Virus record (IMG/VR): IMGVR_UViG_2740892367_000002
Coordinates: 1 to 64,000 of that record
Strand: one strand, 5' to 3'
Length of the DNA stretch: 64,000 bases
Source of the DNA: a virus
Lineage: Duplodnaviria > Caudoviricetes
Under the pieces are notes generated by a model. The model was not told the origin of the DNA and did no database searches. It was given only the letters and a program-made list of their open reading frames with translations. Below, one piece after another: positions 36,833-45,803 of the stretch. How positions within the stretch are numbered: position 1 is the stretch's first letter; each line of letters starts with the position of its first letter. The translations under genes and the position numbers were made by a program.

Positions 36833-37099
36833 ATGAAATTCACTCTTGCAGACAACTGGCGGCAACTTCACCGCAAAGGAACCGTGATAGCCGGCGCCAC
36901 CTTCACCGCGGTCATGGGGCTCGGGCCGCTGCTGGTGCAGGCATGGAGCGCCATGCCGCCCGAACTGAAGGCGGTTATTCCGCAGAACGTGCAGCAGTGG
37001 ATCGCTTACACGATGTTCGGCCTGACGTTCCTCGCTCTGCGGTACACCTCTGTGCGCCGGCGTGACGAGGAAAAGGAGGGCGGAGATGACCCCGCGTGA
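36833..37099 (+). CDS. Putative holin
   Basis: MKFTLADNWRQLHR; two hydrophobic segments; charged C-terminus; precedes endolysin. Confidence 0.68.
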   Translation: MKFTLADNWRQLHRKGTVIAGATFTAVMGLGPLLVQAWSAMPPELKAVIPQNVQQWIAYTMFGLTFLALRYTSVRRRDEEKEGGDDPA

Positions 37100-37574
37100 C
37101 TTCGTGCGCGGGCCATTGGCCGATGCGCTCGCGATCCTTCCGTCTGACATGGACACCCCGAAGGCCAGGGTGATGGTGACGGCGATATGCCTGCAGGAAT
37201 CCGGGCTGATCCACCGCGCACAGCTTGGCAACGGGCCGGCCCGGGGCTTTCCTCAGTTCGAACTCGGCACGCGGCAGTCGCGCGGCGGCGTCTGGGGGAT
37301 CTACCTGCACGATGCCAGCCGCTTCTGGCTCGACAAGCTATGTGCCTCCCGCGGCGTGCAGTTCCTTCCCGAGAGCATCTGGCGTGCGCTGGAGACAGAC
37401 GACGTGCTGTCGGCCGGTGCTGCGCGACTGTTGCTCTTCACCGACCCGAAGCGCCTGCCCGATATCGACGACGCCGACGGTAGCTGGGGGCTGTACCTGC
37501 GCACTTGGCGCCCAGGCAAGCCCCGCCAGGAAACGTGGCCGGTCAATCATCGTGTCGCGCGGGAGGCCGTATGA
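37086..37574 (+). CDS. Endolysin (lysozyme-like fold)
   Basis: AICLQESG...GPARGFPQFE...YLRTWRPGKP; between holin and spanins. Confidence 0.75.
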   Translation: MTPRDFVRGPLADALAILPSDMDTPKARVMVTAICLQESGLIHRAQLGNGPARGFPQFELGTRQSRGGVWGIYLHDASRFWLDKLCASRGVQFLPESIWRALETDDVLSAGAARLLLFTDPKRLPDIDDADGSWGLYLRTWRPGKPRQETWPVNHRVAREAV

Positions 37575-37864
37575 CGGCGCTGCTTGAACTGCTGAAGGAA
37601 TTCGGCCCGTGGATCCTCGGCGCCGTTGGCGTCCTGTTCGGCTGGCTGCGCCACAAGCAGGCTCAGACCGATCAAGCGCAGGCGGCGCAGAAGGTGGCCG
37701 AATCCGATGCCAAGGTTGCCCAGGCCGATGCCATCCAGGCGAAGGCGAATGAGGATGCCGCGCGAGCCGGCGCCGACAATGCAAAGGTGAGACGAGATGA
37801 AGATGCTGATGCTGGTGCTGTGCCTGACGCTGGCCGGGTGCTGCACGACGAGTGGGGCAAATGA
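37571..37864 (+). CDS. i-spanin (Rz-like)
   Basis: N-terminal TM segment plus Ala-rich coiled coil. Confidence 0.75.
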   Translation: MTALLELLKEFGPWILGAVGVLFGWLRHKQAQTDQAQAAQKVAESDAKVAQADAIQAKANEDAARAGADNAKVRRDEDADAGAVPDAGRVLHDEWGK

Positions 37865-38039
37865 TCCGCCCGAGCCGCAGGTTGTCGTGAAGACGCGCAT
37901 AGTGGACACGGCATGCGATTGGACTCGGCCGATCTATGTGGACAAGGCCGACGTGCTGACCGATGACACCGCCAAATCGATTTTGGCCCACAACAGGGCT
38001 GGCCAGAAAGTGTGCGGCTGGAAGCCCAAATCGAAATAG
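37797..38039 (+). CDS. o-spanin (Rz1-like lipoprotein)
   Basis: LTLAG-C lipobox; overlaps i-spanin 3' end in another frame. Confidence 0.78.
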   Translation: MKMLMLVLCLTLAGCCTTSGANDPPEPQVVVKTRIVDTACDWTRPIYVDKADVLTDDTAKSILAHNRAGQKVCGWKPKSK

Positions 38040-38069
38040 CTATTGGGCTAGATCACTGTTCCGAATTCG

Positions 38070-38160
38070 TTGGAAGATCCCGAAAATGACCACGATGGCA
38101 AGCCGTTTGCGGGTATGGTCATATTCCAATTAACTCACGCAACGCTTTGATTTTTAACGA
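38070..38160. promoter_or_regulatory. Prophage 1 right att arm: arm-type and IHF-like sites
   Basis: TTGGAAGATC, inverted TTGGAATATG, and minus-strand AATCAAAGCGTTG matching WATCAANNNNTTR. Confidence 0.55.
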
Positions 38161-38170
38161 TATTGGTTGC

Positions 38171-38219
38171 GGATTGTGATTCCTGTCGTCGTGGGTTCGA
38201 GTCCCATCAGCCACCCCAA
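38171..38219 (+). repeat. att core copy 2 (tRNA-His 3' fragment); junction of the two prophages
   Basis: Identical to 405-453; lacks the tRNA 5' half. Confidence 0.96.
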
Positions 38220-38274
38220 AATTCCCTTACGGATCATGAAGTTAGCGCGGTAGTTTGCCTTTCATGATGCGGAA

Positions 38275-38324
38275 TTTCCCACGGAAATTCAGATTTTCCC
38301 ACGGCGCCTACATGGCGCCGTTTT
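38275..38324. promoter_or_regulatory. Prophage 2 arm-type repeats and hairpin terminator
   Basis: TTTCCCACGG at 38275 and 38295; ACGGCGCC-TACAT-GGCGCCGT-TTT. Confidence 0.55.
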
Positions 38325-38336
38325 CATTTCTCCCAT

Positions 38337-39554
38337 TTATTCTGTGGCGGAAGCTCGTTTCACCTTGCGTCGATCGTAGTGGCGATGGGTGGTCGACGGG
38401 TTGGCGTGCGCGGCGAAATCGTAGGCATCCGCCGAGCGTTGCTCGAGCTTCGTCGTGATTGCCGCCGGGCGGATGTCGAGCGTCGAGAAATAGGCCGCGT
38501 GCTCGGCAATCGAATACCCCGACGTCCAGGTGCCCGCGCCCCTGTCCTTCCGCTTGGCGGCGGACTGCTCCCGCTCGGCGCGCAGTGCGTTGGCCGCCTC
38601 GGCGTCGAAGGTCGATATCCATTCCCACATGGCATCCTGCCAAACCGACCCCCAGCCGCTCTTGCTGTAGGGCTGGCCCCTCCTGTTCGGGAACAGGTAC
38701 AGGCTCGTGACTACGGTCTTCTTCGTCGTGGTCTCAGCGGCTGTGCGCTTTGCGCGCTCCACCACCACACGCAGCCGCGGCGACCAGTCCCGAACCTTGA
38801 CCACCTCCGCTTCGCCTTTCTTCCGCTTGGCGCCGACAACGCGCACGCCGTCATCAGTGAGTCCGGACAGGTGGAAAGGGCGCACTTCGGCGGCGCGGAA
38901 CCCGGTCAGGTAGGTGAACATGGCCGCGCACCCCATCGTGCGGTAGGCGTGGCCTTGCCGAATCGCCCACAGGTAGAAGCGCACGATCTGGCTACGCGAC
39001 ACGGCGCGCACGTCCTTGTCAGCCTTGTTGAGCATCATCCCGACAAACGGATTGGCGTCGATCAGCCCCCATCGCACGGCGAAGTTGCAGATGGTCGACA
39101 TTTGCGACAGTTCCTTGTTCGCCTTGATAGGCGCACCGCTCTTGGCGCGCGCGTCGAGAAACTGATAGCCGTGCACCGTCTTCATGCCGCTGGGTGCCAT
39201 CTTCCCAAAGAAGCGCGCCAGGACGTCATAGGCGGCCTGCCGGACGGCTTTACCTTCCTTGGACTGGTCCCGGTAGTGCACTGGGTCCACGTCCTGCCGG
39301 AAACGATCGATCATGTCAGCAACCGACCCGGCGACGATCTGGCCGGCCTGGATGTCCAGCGCCTTGCGCTTGGCTATGCGCTCGGCCTCGGCAATCGCCT
39401 TGCGATCGCCGATCGGTGCAGACGACAGGGTTTCGCTCCTGCCGTCCGGGTACTTGTAGTAGAAGGAAACCTTCTTCGCGCCGATGTATTTGATCAGCCG
39501 GTCGATGCCGGTGGATTCCTTACGCAAACGCTGCGAGGTTCGGCGTGCTGTCAT
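38337..39554 (-). CDS. int: Tyrosine recombinase, prophage 2 integrase
   Basis: TGFRAAEV, DIRPAA, AAHAN, RHYDRR; same family as 561-1658. Confidence 0.9.
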   Translation of the reverse strand: MTARRTSQRLRKESTGIDRLIKYIGAKKVSFYYKYPDGRSETLSSAPIGDRKAIAEAERIAKRKALDIQAGQIVAGSVADMIDRFRQDVDPVHYRDQSKEGKAVRQAAYDVLARFFGKMAPSGMKTVHGYQFLDARAKSGAPIKANKELSQMSTICNFAVRWGLIDANPFVGMMLNKADKDVRAVSRSQIVRFYLWAIRQGHAYRTMGCAAMFTYLTGFRAAEVRPFHLSGLTDDGVRVVGAKRKKGEAEVVKVRDWSPRLRVVVERAKRTAAETTTKKTVVTSLYLFPNRRGQPYSKSGWGSVWQDAMWEWISTFDAEAANALRAEREQSAAKRKDRGAGTWTSGYSIAEHAAYFSTLDIRPAAITTKLEQRSADAYDFAAHANPSTTHRHYDRRKVKRASATE

Positions 39555-39747
39555 ACTTTGCCTGCCCCTTCGTTTCCTCGATGCCCAGCTTTCGGTTGTA
39601 GTACGCCTTGGCCACCTTGGGCAGGCCGTTCTTGTCCAGCACGTACCGCCAGTGCTCCCGATCGAGCCATTTGATCATCGCCTGTCGCTGGTTCGACTTG
39701 CAGCCGACTAGGTCGGCCAGCTCCATTGCGGTGAGAAAGTCGCTCAT
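39520..39747 (-). CDS. xis: Excisionase-like protein (DUF4224-type)
   Basis: MSDFLTAMELADLVG...NGLPKVAKAYY. Confidence 0.78.
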   Translation of the reverse strand: MSDFLTAMELADLVGCKSNQRQAMIKWLDREHWRYVLDKNGLPKVAKAYYNRKLGIEETKGQAKYDSTPNLAAFA

Positions 39748-39856
39748 CCCGTACTCCAATCCGCCACTCTTGGCGGGTGACTGCCACGACCCGGCGAGCC
39801 CGATTCATCATTTCTTGCATTCTGGTGTTTAGCAGCGGGTGTTTCCCCGCCTGCAG

Positions 39857-40126
39857 TCAGTTCTTCAATTCGGCGCGGCGCCGGCGCAGGATCTCGCCCA
39901 GGCCGGCCCGGTCGATCTCGATGGCGCCCAGCTTCACGGCGCGCACGCGCATCGCCTTGCAGATGTCGAAGTGCTCCTGGTAGGTGCCTTCCTTCTGTAT
40001 GTGGCGCGGGTGGACTCCGATGCTCTGAGCCATAGCGATCAACTCGGCCTTTGTGTCGGCCACCATGTGGTACATGCACATTCCGCGATAGGGTGCAGCC
40101 ATGTCGTCAACGTAGACTGCCATCAC
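39857..40126 (-). CDS. DUF4031-like protein
   Basis: VYVDD...HMVADT..EL..MA..IG...EHFDI...RAVKLGA. Confidence 0.75.
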   Translation of the reverse strand: MMAVYVDDMAAPYRGMCMYHMVADTKAELIAMAQSIGVHPRHIQKEGTYQEHFDICKAMRVRAVKLGAIEIDRAGLGEILRRRRAELKN

Positions 40127-40581
40127 GCCACTCCCTGATCTACGGATGTGCGGGCGTGCTGCTCACGCAGGATGGCAGCCACGTCGGCCGGCACGTCGAA
40201 GAAGCCCAATGCGCCCTTGCACGGGACGAACGGCAGCGCTTTAGCATCTACGATCTGGAAGCCGAACTGACCTTCCATGTGCCACTGCGATTGGCGCGCG
40301 CGATCTGGCACGCAGTCCGTAATGGTGGCCACACCGACGATGCCGCCGCGCTCCATCTGCTCGAACTTTGGCAGCGCGATCAGCGCTGCATCGTAGGGTC
40401 CTGTTTCGTAGAGTTCGGAGAGATAGTCCTTTACATCCTGGTACTCGCCGCGGGTCATGCCCTTGCTGGCGTGGATCAGCACGCGTCCCCGGAAACTGGT
40501 GCGCCAGGTTCGGTTTTCGATGTCCTTGAACCCTTGGGCGATCAGCCACGCCCACGGTTGGCGGATAGAGAGGGCTTTCAT
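40123..40581 (-). CDS. ASCH domain protein
   Basis: MKALSIRQPWAWLI..G.KDIENRTW...RGRVLIHA...CKGALGFF. Confidence 0.88.
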   Translation of the reverse strand: MKALSIRQPWAWLIAQGFKDIENRTWRTSFRGRVLIHASKGMTRGEYQDVKDYLSELYETGPYDAALIALPKFEQMERGGIVGVATITDCVPDRARQSQWHMEGQFGFQIVDAKALPFVPCKGALGFFDVPADVAAILREQHARTSVDQGVA

Positions 40582-41036
40582 GCGTCCCCCCTCGCAGCAG
40601 CGGCGATAGCGGCGCGCTCGATAGTGAAGCCGTCCGGGTCAATGCCTGCGTCTAGGCATATCTGCCACGCACTCCTGCTCCCGACTGCGAAAACGTCCAT
40701 CGCCAAAACCCAGTTCGCGCGCTGCTTGTTGTAGTGGACTGGCGTGATTCGACGCACGTTCGACATGATGTAGAACGGTGTGAAGTTCGCACGCACCGCG
40801 TCCACCTTCACTGACCCGCTCGCAACGTCATCCGGCAGGGGGCGGCGGTTCCAGGCGGCGATGACTTCAGCGCCAGCAATACCAGGGGAATTGGCGCTGT
40901 ATTGAAGCGATAACACCGCATCGCAGTCCTCGCATTCAATGCGGCCTACCCAACCAGAATGCTCGATTTGCTCGACCTCCGCATTGCGAGCGGCGCCCCC
41001 ACAAAACGGGCACACCTTCAGTTCCGTATCACTCAT
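40578..41036 (-). CDS. Lar-family restriction alleviation protein (with extension)
   Basis: LKVCPFCGG...CEDC...AAWNRR. Confidence 0.75.
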   Translation of the reverse strand: MSDTELKVCPFCGGAARNAEVEQIEHSGWVGRIECEDCDAVLSLQYSANSPGIAGAEVIAAWNRRPLPDDVASGSVKVDAVRANFTPFYIMSNVRRITPVHYNKQRANWVLAMDVFAVGSRSAWQICLDAGIDPDGFTIERAAIAAAARGDA

Positions 41037-41065
41037 CTTTGTTCCTCCCGATCTCGGCGGCGCAT

Positions 41066-41740
41066 TTATGCGAACAGTGGTGTTTGTTCTTGCTCTGCCC
41101 TAAGGCGATCACAAGCCCTATCGAAATATGTCGGGTCGATCTCTACGCCGACGAACGGTAAGCCGTGGCGCGCTGCGGCGATTCCAGTGGTACCGCTTCC
41201 CATGAACGGGTCGAAGACCACGGTACCGGCAGGCAACTTGCATTGCGCGATAACCCAATACATCAGTGCTACAGGCTTCTGGGTAGGATGGACGCGCACA
41301 CCGCCACGGCTCACGTTCTCCTCCCCGGCGCGCACCATGCCGCGCCACTTGTGCGAATAGAGCCGGGCCGGGCCGCGCAAATTGGTCCACGCCAATTCAC
41401 AGTCGGCTTGGTGGTCGCTGGTGCTGCCATCGCGCTTGTCCCACACCAGCCAACTTGATGCGTCTGGTAGACGGCTGCCGAAGTGATTGCCGCCGAACAG
41501 CACAACAGTTTGAAAGTCGAGGAACGGCGCCGGGTCAAATGGCTTGTCATCGCCCACGATGGAGAAGTCATATTCCACGGTTCTGCGGCTCATGTTCCAT
41601 TTGTTCCGCGAACTACCCGTCAGCTTTGCCAGGTTGATGCCGTAGGGTGGATCGGCAATCAGCGCGTGGCTTCGCGGTGTCTCCGCCAGCAGTTCGCGGC
41701 AATCCCCACAGTACAGCGTCGCGGTACCGATTTGCTCCAT
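41066..41740 (-). CDS. DNA amino-methyltransferase (N6-A/N4-C, beta class)
   Basis: DPPYG, HPTQKPVALM, DPFMGSGTTG, GVEID. Confidence 0.9.
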   Translation of the reverse strand: MEQIGTATLYCGDCRELLAETPRSHALIADPPYGINLAKLTGSSRNKWNMSRRTVEYDFSIVGDDKPFDPAPFLDFQTVVLFGGNHFGSRLPDASSWLVWDKRDGSTSDHQADCELAWTNLRGPARLYSHKWRGMVRAGEENVSRGGVRVHPTQKPVALMYWVIAQCKLPAGTVVFDPFMGSGTTGIAAARHGLPFVGVEIDPTYFDRACDRLRAEQEQTPLFA

Positions 41741-41745
41741 GCGTA

Positions 41746-42675
41746 TCACGCTGCGTCTCCCCTCTCTGGATTCGGGGCGGCGGCGAGCGGCGTGATCAGG
41801 AATTTCCCGGAGCTGACGCGGAAGCCTTCGTCCATTAGGAATGTCCACGTCCCTTCATCAAAGTTCGCCGTTGCGCTGACGCCGATGAACGATTCATCTG
41901 GCACCGCCGCACCCGGCGCGTCATGGCCGGCAGGCGAGGCGGCGAGGTTCGCCAGCACCGCACTGATGCACGATGGGGCGATGCCGATTAGTTTCCTGTC
42001 ATCCGTATGCGCCCAATGCGGGATCTGGTAACGGAAATGTGCAAATAGACGACGCAAGCGGGCCGCGAGGAATTCGATTTCTCCCGCGTCCAGCGTCATC
42101 GCCTCCCCCTGCGCTTGCTGCGCTGCTGGGGCGGTGTATAGCGTGCGCCGCCAAGATGGGCCAAGCCGCTCGTATTCGCTCTTGGTCACGTCGTGCCAGC
42201 TATCTTGGTACAGGCGCTGATACACCGGCTCCGCCGCACCGCGCATCTTGGAGCCAATACCCCAGAACTCGGCAAGCCAATGCCCGGACGGCGGGACATT
42301 CTCGTTCTGCTGGCCCAACGCGATAGCGCCACGGATAGCGTCGATACAGTCCTTGAAGCCATTCGAGCGTGCATCCGCAGCCGCCCCGCGCATCTGCGCA
42401 AGCTCGGCGGAGAGGGAGCGGGCGTAGGCGATCAGGTCAGGGAACGCCTGATGCATCGCCACCGCGAAGGCAGCGTTTGCGTCGCGCTGCGCCTCATCGG
42501 TGCTGTCAGTGCCACAGAACATGGCGATTTGTTGCTGCGCACTACCGTTCGTGAACGTCAGAACAGGTCCGCCCAATACGACGGCGCCGATACGTCCGCC
42601 TTTCACCACCCAGTCTTTCGTGGTGGCGGCATGCATGCGCTCCAGCGCATCCAGGTCAATCAGGGTGTTAGGCAT
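41746..42675 (-). CDS. ead/Ea22-like modular protein
   Basis: IDLDALERMHAATT...DANAAFAVA N-terminus; AEPV...LYTAP linkers. Confidence 0.65.
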   Translation of the reverse strand: MPNTLIDLDALERMHAATTKDWVVKGGRIGAVVLGGPVLTFTNGSAQQQIAMFCGTDSTDEAQRDANAAFAVAMHQAFPDLIAYARSLSAELAQMRGAAADARSNGFKDCIDAIRGAIALGQQNENVPPSGHWLAEFWGIGSKMRGAAEPVYQRLYQDSWHDVTKSEYERLGPSWRRTLYTAPAAQQAQGEAMTLDAGEIEFLAARLRRLFAHFRYQIPHWAHTDDRKLIGIAPSCISAVLANLAASPAGHDAPGAAVPDESFIGVSATANFDEGTWTFLMDEGFRVSSGKFLITPLAAAPNPERGDAA

Positions 42676-43549
42676 TGCTTTCCTCGGCAATTTCGGCTTG
42701 CACAATCGCGGACTTCTCGCAGCCGACACACATCGGCCGGAACATATCGGTCTGGTTCGGGTTGTGGCCGCCGGCAGGAGGACGTCCCTCCCATCCCCAC
42801 GTGAACCCACATTGCAGGACGCGCTGTTGCAGCTTGTCGATGCGCTCCCCGAACGAAGGATCAACGGCCCGCCATCTTGCAAGTTCTCCAGGATGTGCAA
42901 AAGCGCCGCAGCCGCACTCGCCGCTCATACCCAGCTCTTTGGTAACTGGGTTCTCAGGCATCCCGCTCGTAGCGTTATAGGCATCCCGTTGTTGTTTGGT
43001 CCACCAGTACAGCGGATTTATCCAAACTTGGGCGCCGACCTTGTTAATTTCGCGACCTGCATAGCCCATTCGGATCAGGCTTTCATCGTGGCGGATACCG
43101 GATGCGATCAGCACCTTTGCGCTGCGCGGATGGCCTTTCTTCGCACGGCGGACCAGTTCCCGGACGCAACGCTCTTTCAGGCGCGCGTACATCATCTGGT
43201 GTCCATCCGGGCCTGGGAACCCGAACTCCGCACAGAGATCGTCATAACTCTGGCCGCAATCCTCCAGTGCCCGAATCTCGTGCAAATTCCACCCATATAT
43301 TTTGCAAGTGTCGCGCACGCTCTGGCGAGTCCGCTCGATGCCGATACCCGTATTTGCATGGAATGGCTCGCATCCCGGAACGTTATTCATCATCCAGTGC
43401 GCCACAGCCCGGCTATCGTTCCCGCCAGAGAACCCCACATAGATGGCGACGGGCTTGTATTGCTCGATAGCCCGGCGCACGATTTCCATCGGGGAAAGGA
43501 TGCTGCTCTTGCTAGACGTGAGGCTGAAGATGTCGCTCAGATCCATCAC
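42668..43549 (-). CDS. PP-loop (PAPS reductase-like) protein
   Basis: VGFSGGNDS, HANTGIG, GIRHDES, SGECGCGAFA, MCVGC. Confidence 0.82.
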   Translation of the reverse strand: MMDLSDIFSLTSSKSSILSPMEIVRRAIEQYKPVAIYVGFSGGNDSRAVAHWMMNNVPGCEPFHANTGIGIERTRQSVRDTCKIYGWNLHEIRALEDCGQSYDDLCAEFGFPGPDGHQMMYARLKERCVRELVRRAKKGHPRSAKVLIASGIRHDESLIRMGYAGREINKVGAQVWINPLYWWTKQQRDAYNATSGMPENPVTKELGMSGECGCGAFAHPGELARWRAVDPSFGERIDKLQQRVLQCGFTWGWEGRPPAGGHNPNQTDMFRPMCVGCEKSAIVQAEIAEESNA

Positions 43550-44160
43550 GCCCCCTCCCCACCGTCGCGTGCCTGTTGCGACTGCTCGCGGGACATGGCG
43601 GTGATGCTGGCCTGAACGTCGCGGTCAAGTCGCAGCGGGATCACGCCTTCCTCGGGATACTCGGTGTACCAGGCGAACAGGCCAGGGCCGGAATCGTTGC
43701 CGTCGTCATCGATGGAGCCACTCAGGCGACCGATGCACATCTCAGTGTCCATCTGTTCATGGTCGCGGTCGATTTCCGGCATGACATCAGGTGCCGCCAG
43801 TTCAAGGACGTCCAGCAGTTCCTTGGCGGAGACGCATAAGACGCTCGACGCCACCGCATCGGCCTGCACCTGCTGCGACTGTTCGCTTGGCTGCGGCTGG
43901 CGGGCGGCGAGTTTCTCCCACCACGCCGCATTAAATGCGTGCATCGCTTCTGCTGGCGAATCACCGAACCCCGCTACACCATCCTGCAAGTTGTCGCCGT
44001 AGAGCGCGCACCACTGATTCCCGTCAATAAAGAGAGCCGGTCGATATAGGGCGCTCGGGAGTTCGCCTTGCGCTGCCGCTGCCTGCCATGCTGCTCCGGC
44101 CATCGTTGCGGCGTGCGCAATAGCATTTGCTGCCATGCCTTGGTATTCATCGTTAAGCAT
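43546..44160 (-). CDS. Modular phage early protein
   Basis: DGNQWCALYGDNLQDGVAGFGDSP domain, QQVQADA linker, second domain. Confidence 0.65.
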   Translation of the reverse strand: MLNDEYQGMAANAIAHAATMAGAAWQAAAAQGELPSALYRPALFIDGNQWCALYGDNLQDGVAGFGDSPAEAMHAFNAAWWEKLAARQPQPSEQSQQVQADAVASSVLCVSAKELLDVLELAAPDVMPEIDRDHEQMDTEMCIGRLSGSIDDDGNDSGPGLFAWYTEYPEEGVIPLRLDRDVQASITAMSREQSQQARDGGEGA

Positions 44161-45094
44161 TGCTGTTTCCCTCCCCAGCGGTCTGCGGTTGCTGGGCGGT
44201 GCGACCCGGTACACAGTCAAAGCAATATTCATCATTGGGCCTGCCGCACTTGGGACAAATGCCCGCCTCGCGCTCATCCTGCTGCGCCGATGCAGCATCA
44301 TTGGATGCTGGCAGGTCAAAATCAGCCGTTGCTGCCGTCTTCGGACGGTTGGCGAATCGCGCATTCATAGCAGCACGTTGACGGTCTTCGATTTCATCGC
44401 GCGTCGATGCTGACGGCACAGATGCAGTTGCCTCTAGCACATACCGCAGCATTTCTTCTGCTTCTAGTGCGCTGAGCAAGTTCGTGCCAGTGCGTCCGGG
44501 CTTACCCGGCATACCATCGGGATAAACGCTCGCAGGAACGGGCCACGCGAGGAAGCGATTGACCAGCGCCTTGATGTCCGCCCCCGCGCCCACTTCCCCA
44601 GGCTGGCGAGGGGCGGCGGACAGGTCGGCACAAATCTTCGGTTCTGCGGCCAGCGCCTTAACAACGGCGCGCAAGTGGCCCTTGATAGAAGTTGCAGGCG
44701 TTTCATCCCAAGTCCGGCAGGCTACGGCCATCATGTGGCTGTGCAAATTTTTTGCCTGCTGCTCGGTCAGCGAAACATCACGGGCACGAATCCCTTCCTT
44801 GCGAACTTGCGCAACGATGTCGCAGAGGCTGGCTTGTTTTGCGGCGGCATCACCATTCAGCAGCACATCGAGTTCGCGCACCATACGTTGATGGTCTGCA
44901 AACGCAGTCTCATAGTCGTCCACCGTCAGCCCATCCCCCGCCCCTTGCTTGGCGAGGGCGGCGCGGTAGCCTTCCCATGCGCTGTCTCGCTTGCATTCCA
45001 GCGATGCTTCGTGCGTGAACCAGTGCTGGAATTCCTTCCACTGACGGTTTTCGGCTTCCCGCTCATCGCCAGCCGGGGTGTGTTGGTCGGTCAT
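44153..45094 (-). CDS. Modular phage early protein
   Basis: Short domains separated by GDGLT, AAPRQPGE and QDEREA linkers. Confidence 0.68.
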   Translation of the reverse strand: MTDQHTPAGDEREAENRQWKEFQHWFTHEASLECKRDSAWEGYRAALAKQGAGDGLTVDDYETAFADHQRMVRELDVLLNGDAAAKQASLCDIVAQVRKEGIRARDVSLTEQQAKNLHSHMMAVACRTWDETPATSIKGHLRAVVKALAAEPKICADLSAAPRQPGEVGAGADIKALVNRFLAWPVPASVYPDGMPGKPGRTGTNLLSALEAEEMLRYVLEATASVPSASTRDEIEDRQRAAMNARFANRPKTAATADFDLPASNDAASAQQDEREAGICPKCGRPNDEYCFDCVPGRTAQQPQTAGEGNSNA

Positions 45095-45216
45095 TCTTTC
45101 GGATCCTCTTCATAGTTGGCCATCCACTTCTGGAGGCGGTAGTTCGCATACAGGCCAACGGCCAGGAAGATCGCGCCGGCGGTGGCAAGAACGACGAGAG
45201 CAGCGGTGCTGGTCAT
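45091..45216 (-). CDS. Small membrane protein (not in ORF track)
   Basis: [23 protein letters not shown]; ATGA overlaps at both ends. Confidence 0.55.
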   Translation of the reverse strand: MTSTAALVVLATAGAIFLAVGLYANYRLQKWMANYEEDPKE

Positions 45217-45803
45217 GGTGCGGTCTGATGTGTTGTGGTACCGATCCACGCAGCAGCAGGGTCGCGGCGGACCAGCTCTCCCGACTTCATCTGCTTGCGC
45301 ACGCGGACCTTAGCGGCCCACGCATCGATCCGCTCGGGCTCTTTCTTGCGCAGCTTCTTCATGTACCGGCGCTTGCGCTCTGTGGCGGTCAGCGCGCGCG
45401 GCTTGTGTGCGTCCCTGCCATTGCCCAGCGCCCATACGCGCACCGGTAGGCATCGCGTCGTGTGACGCACATAGCCACTGATGAACACCAGGCGGCCGTG
45501 CCGGTTCTTCAGCAGCCCCGCCACGGTCGAATGCTTCAGGCCAGTGGCGTCCGCGAGCGCTTTCGCCGTGGCCGGGGCCTTTTGCAGTTGCGCACTAATC
45601 AGCCGCCACGAAAGGACGTCATCGAACGGTTGAGGGATGCGCCGCTGCGGTAGGCCAAGAACCCTGCGCGCGTGCTCATAGACCGTGAAGTGCTGGCGGT
45701 TTGGGAAGTGGCTGGCAATCACGTCCATCTTCACGTCGGAGGCCCATAGTTCGCGCAGCAGCGCATCTTCCTCGGGCGTCCATTTGTTCCACTTGCGGGT
45801 CAT
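45213..45803 (-). CDS. Putative DNA-binding protein
   Basis: [13 protein letters not shown] start, [24 protein letters not shown] end. Confidence 0.65.
   Translation of the reverse strand: MTRKWNKWTPEEDALLRELWASDVKMDVIASHFPNRQHFTVYEHARRVLGLPQRRIPQPFDDVLSWRLISAQLQKAPATAKALADATGLKHSTVAGLLKNRHGRLVFISGYVRHTTRCLPVRVWALGNGRDAHKPRALTATERKRRYMKKLRKKEPERIDAWAAKVRVRKQMKSGELVRRDPAAAWIGTTTHQTAP

Larger units (their letters stand above)
405..38219. mobile_element. Prophage 1, apparently complete temperate podovirus (about 37.8 kb)
   Basis: Flanked by 49-bp att repeats; integrase, immunity, replication, packaging, podoviral tail/ejection and lysis modules in order. Confidence 0.95.

Noticed and set aside
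33149-38219. Diversity-generating retroelement, as in BPP-1-like phages
   Set aside because: No reverse transcriptase ORF and no TR/VR repeat pair seen near the tail genes
38171-38219. Second tRNA-His gene
   Set aside because: Lacks the 5' acceptor strand and D-arm; it is the att duplication
41066-41740. Complete restriction-modification system
   Set aside because: No cognate restriction endonuclease adjacent; both methyltransferases look like orphans
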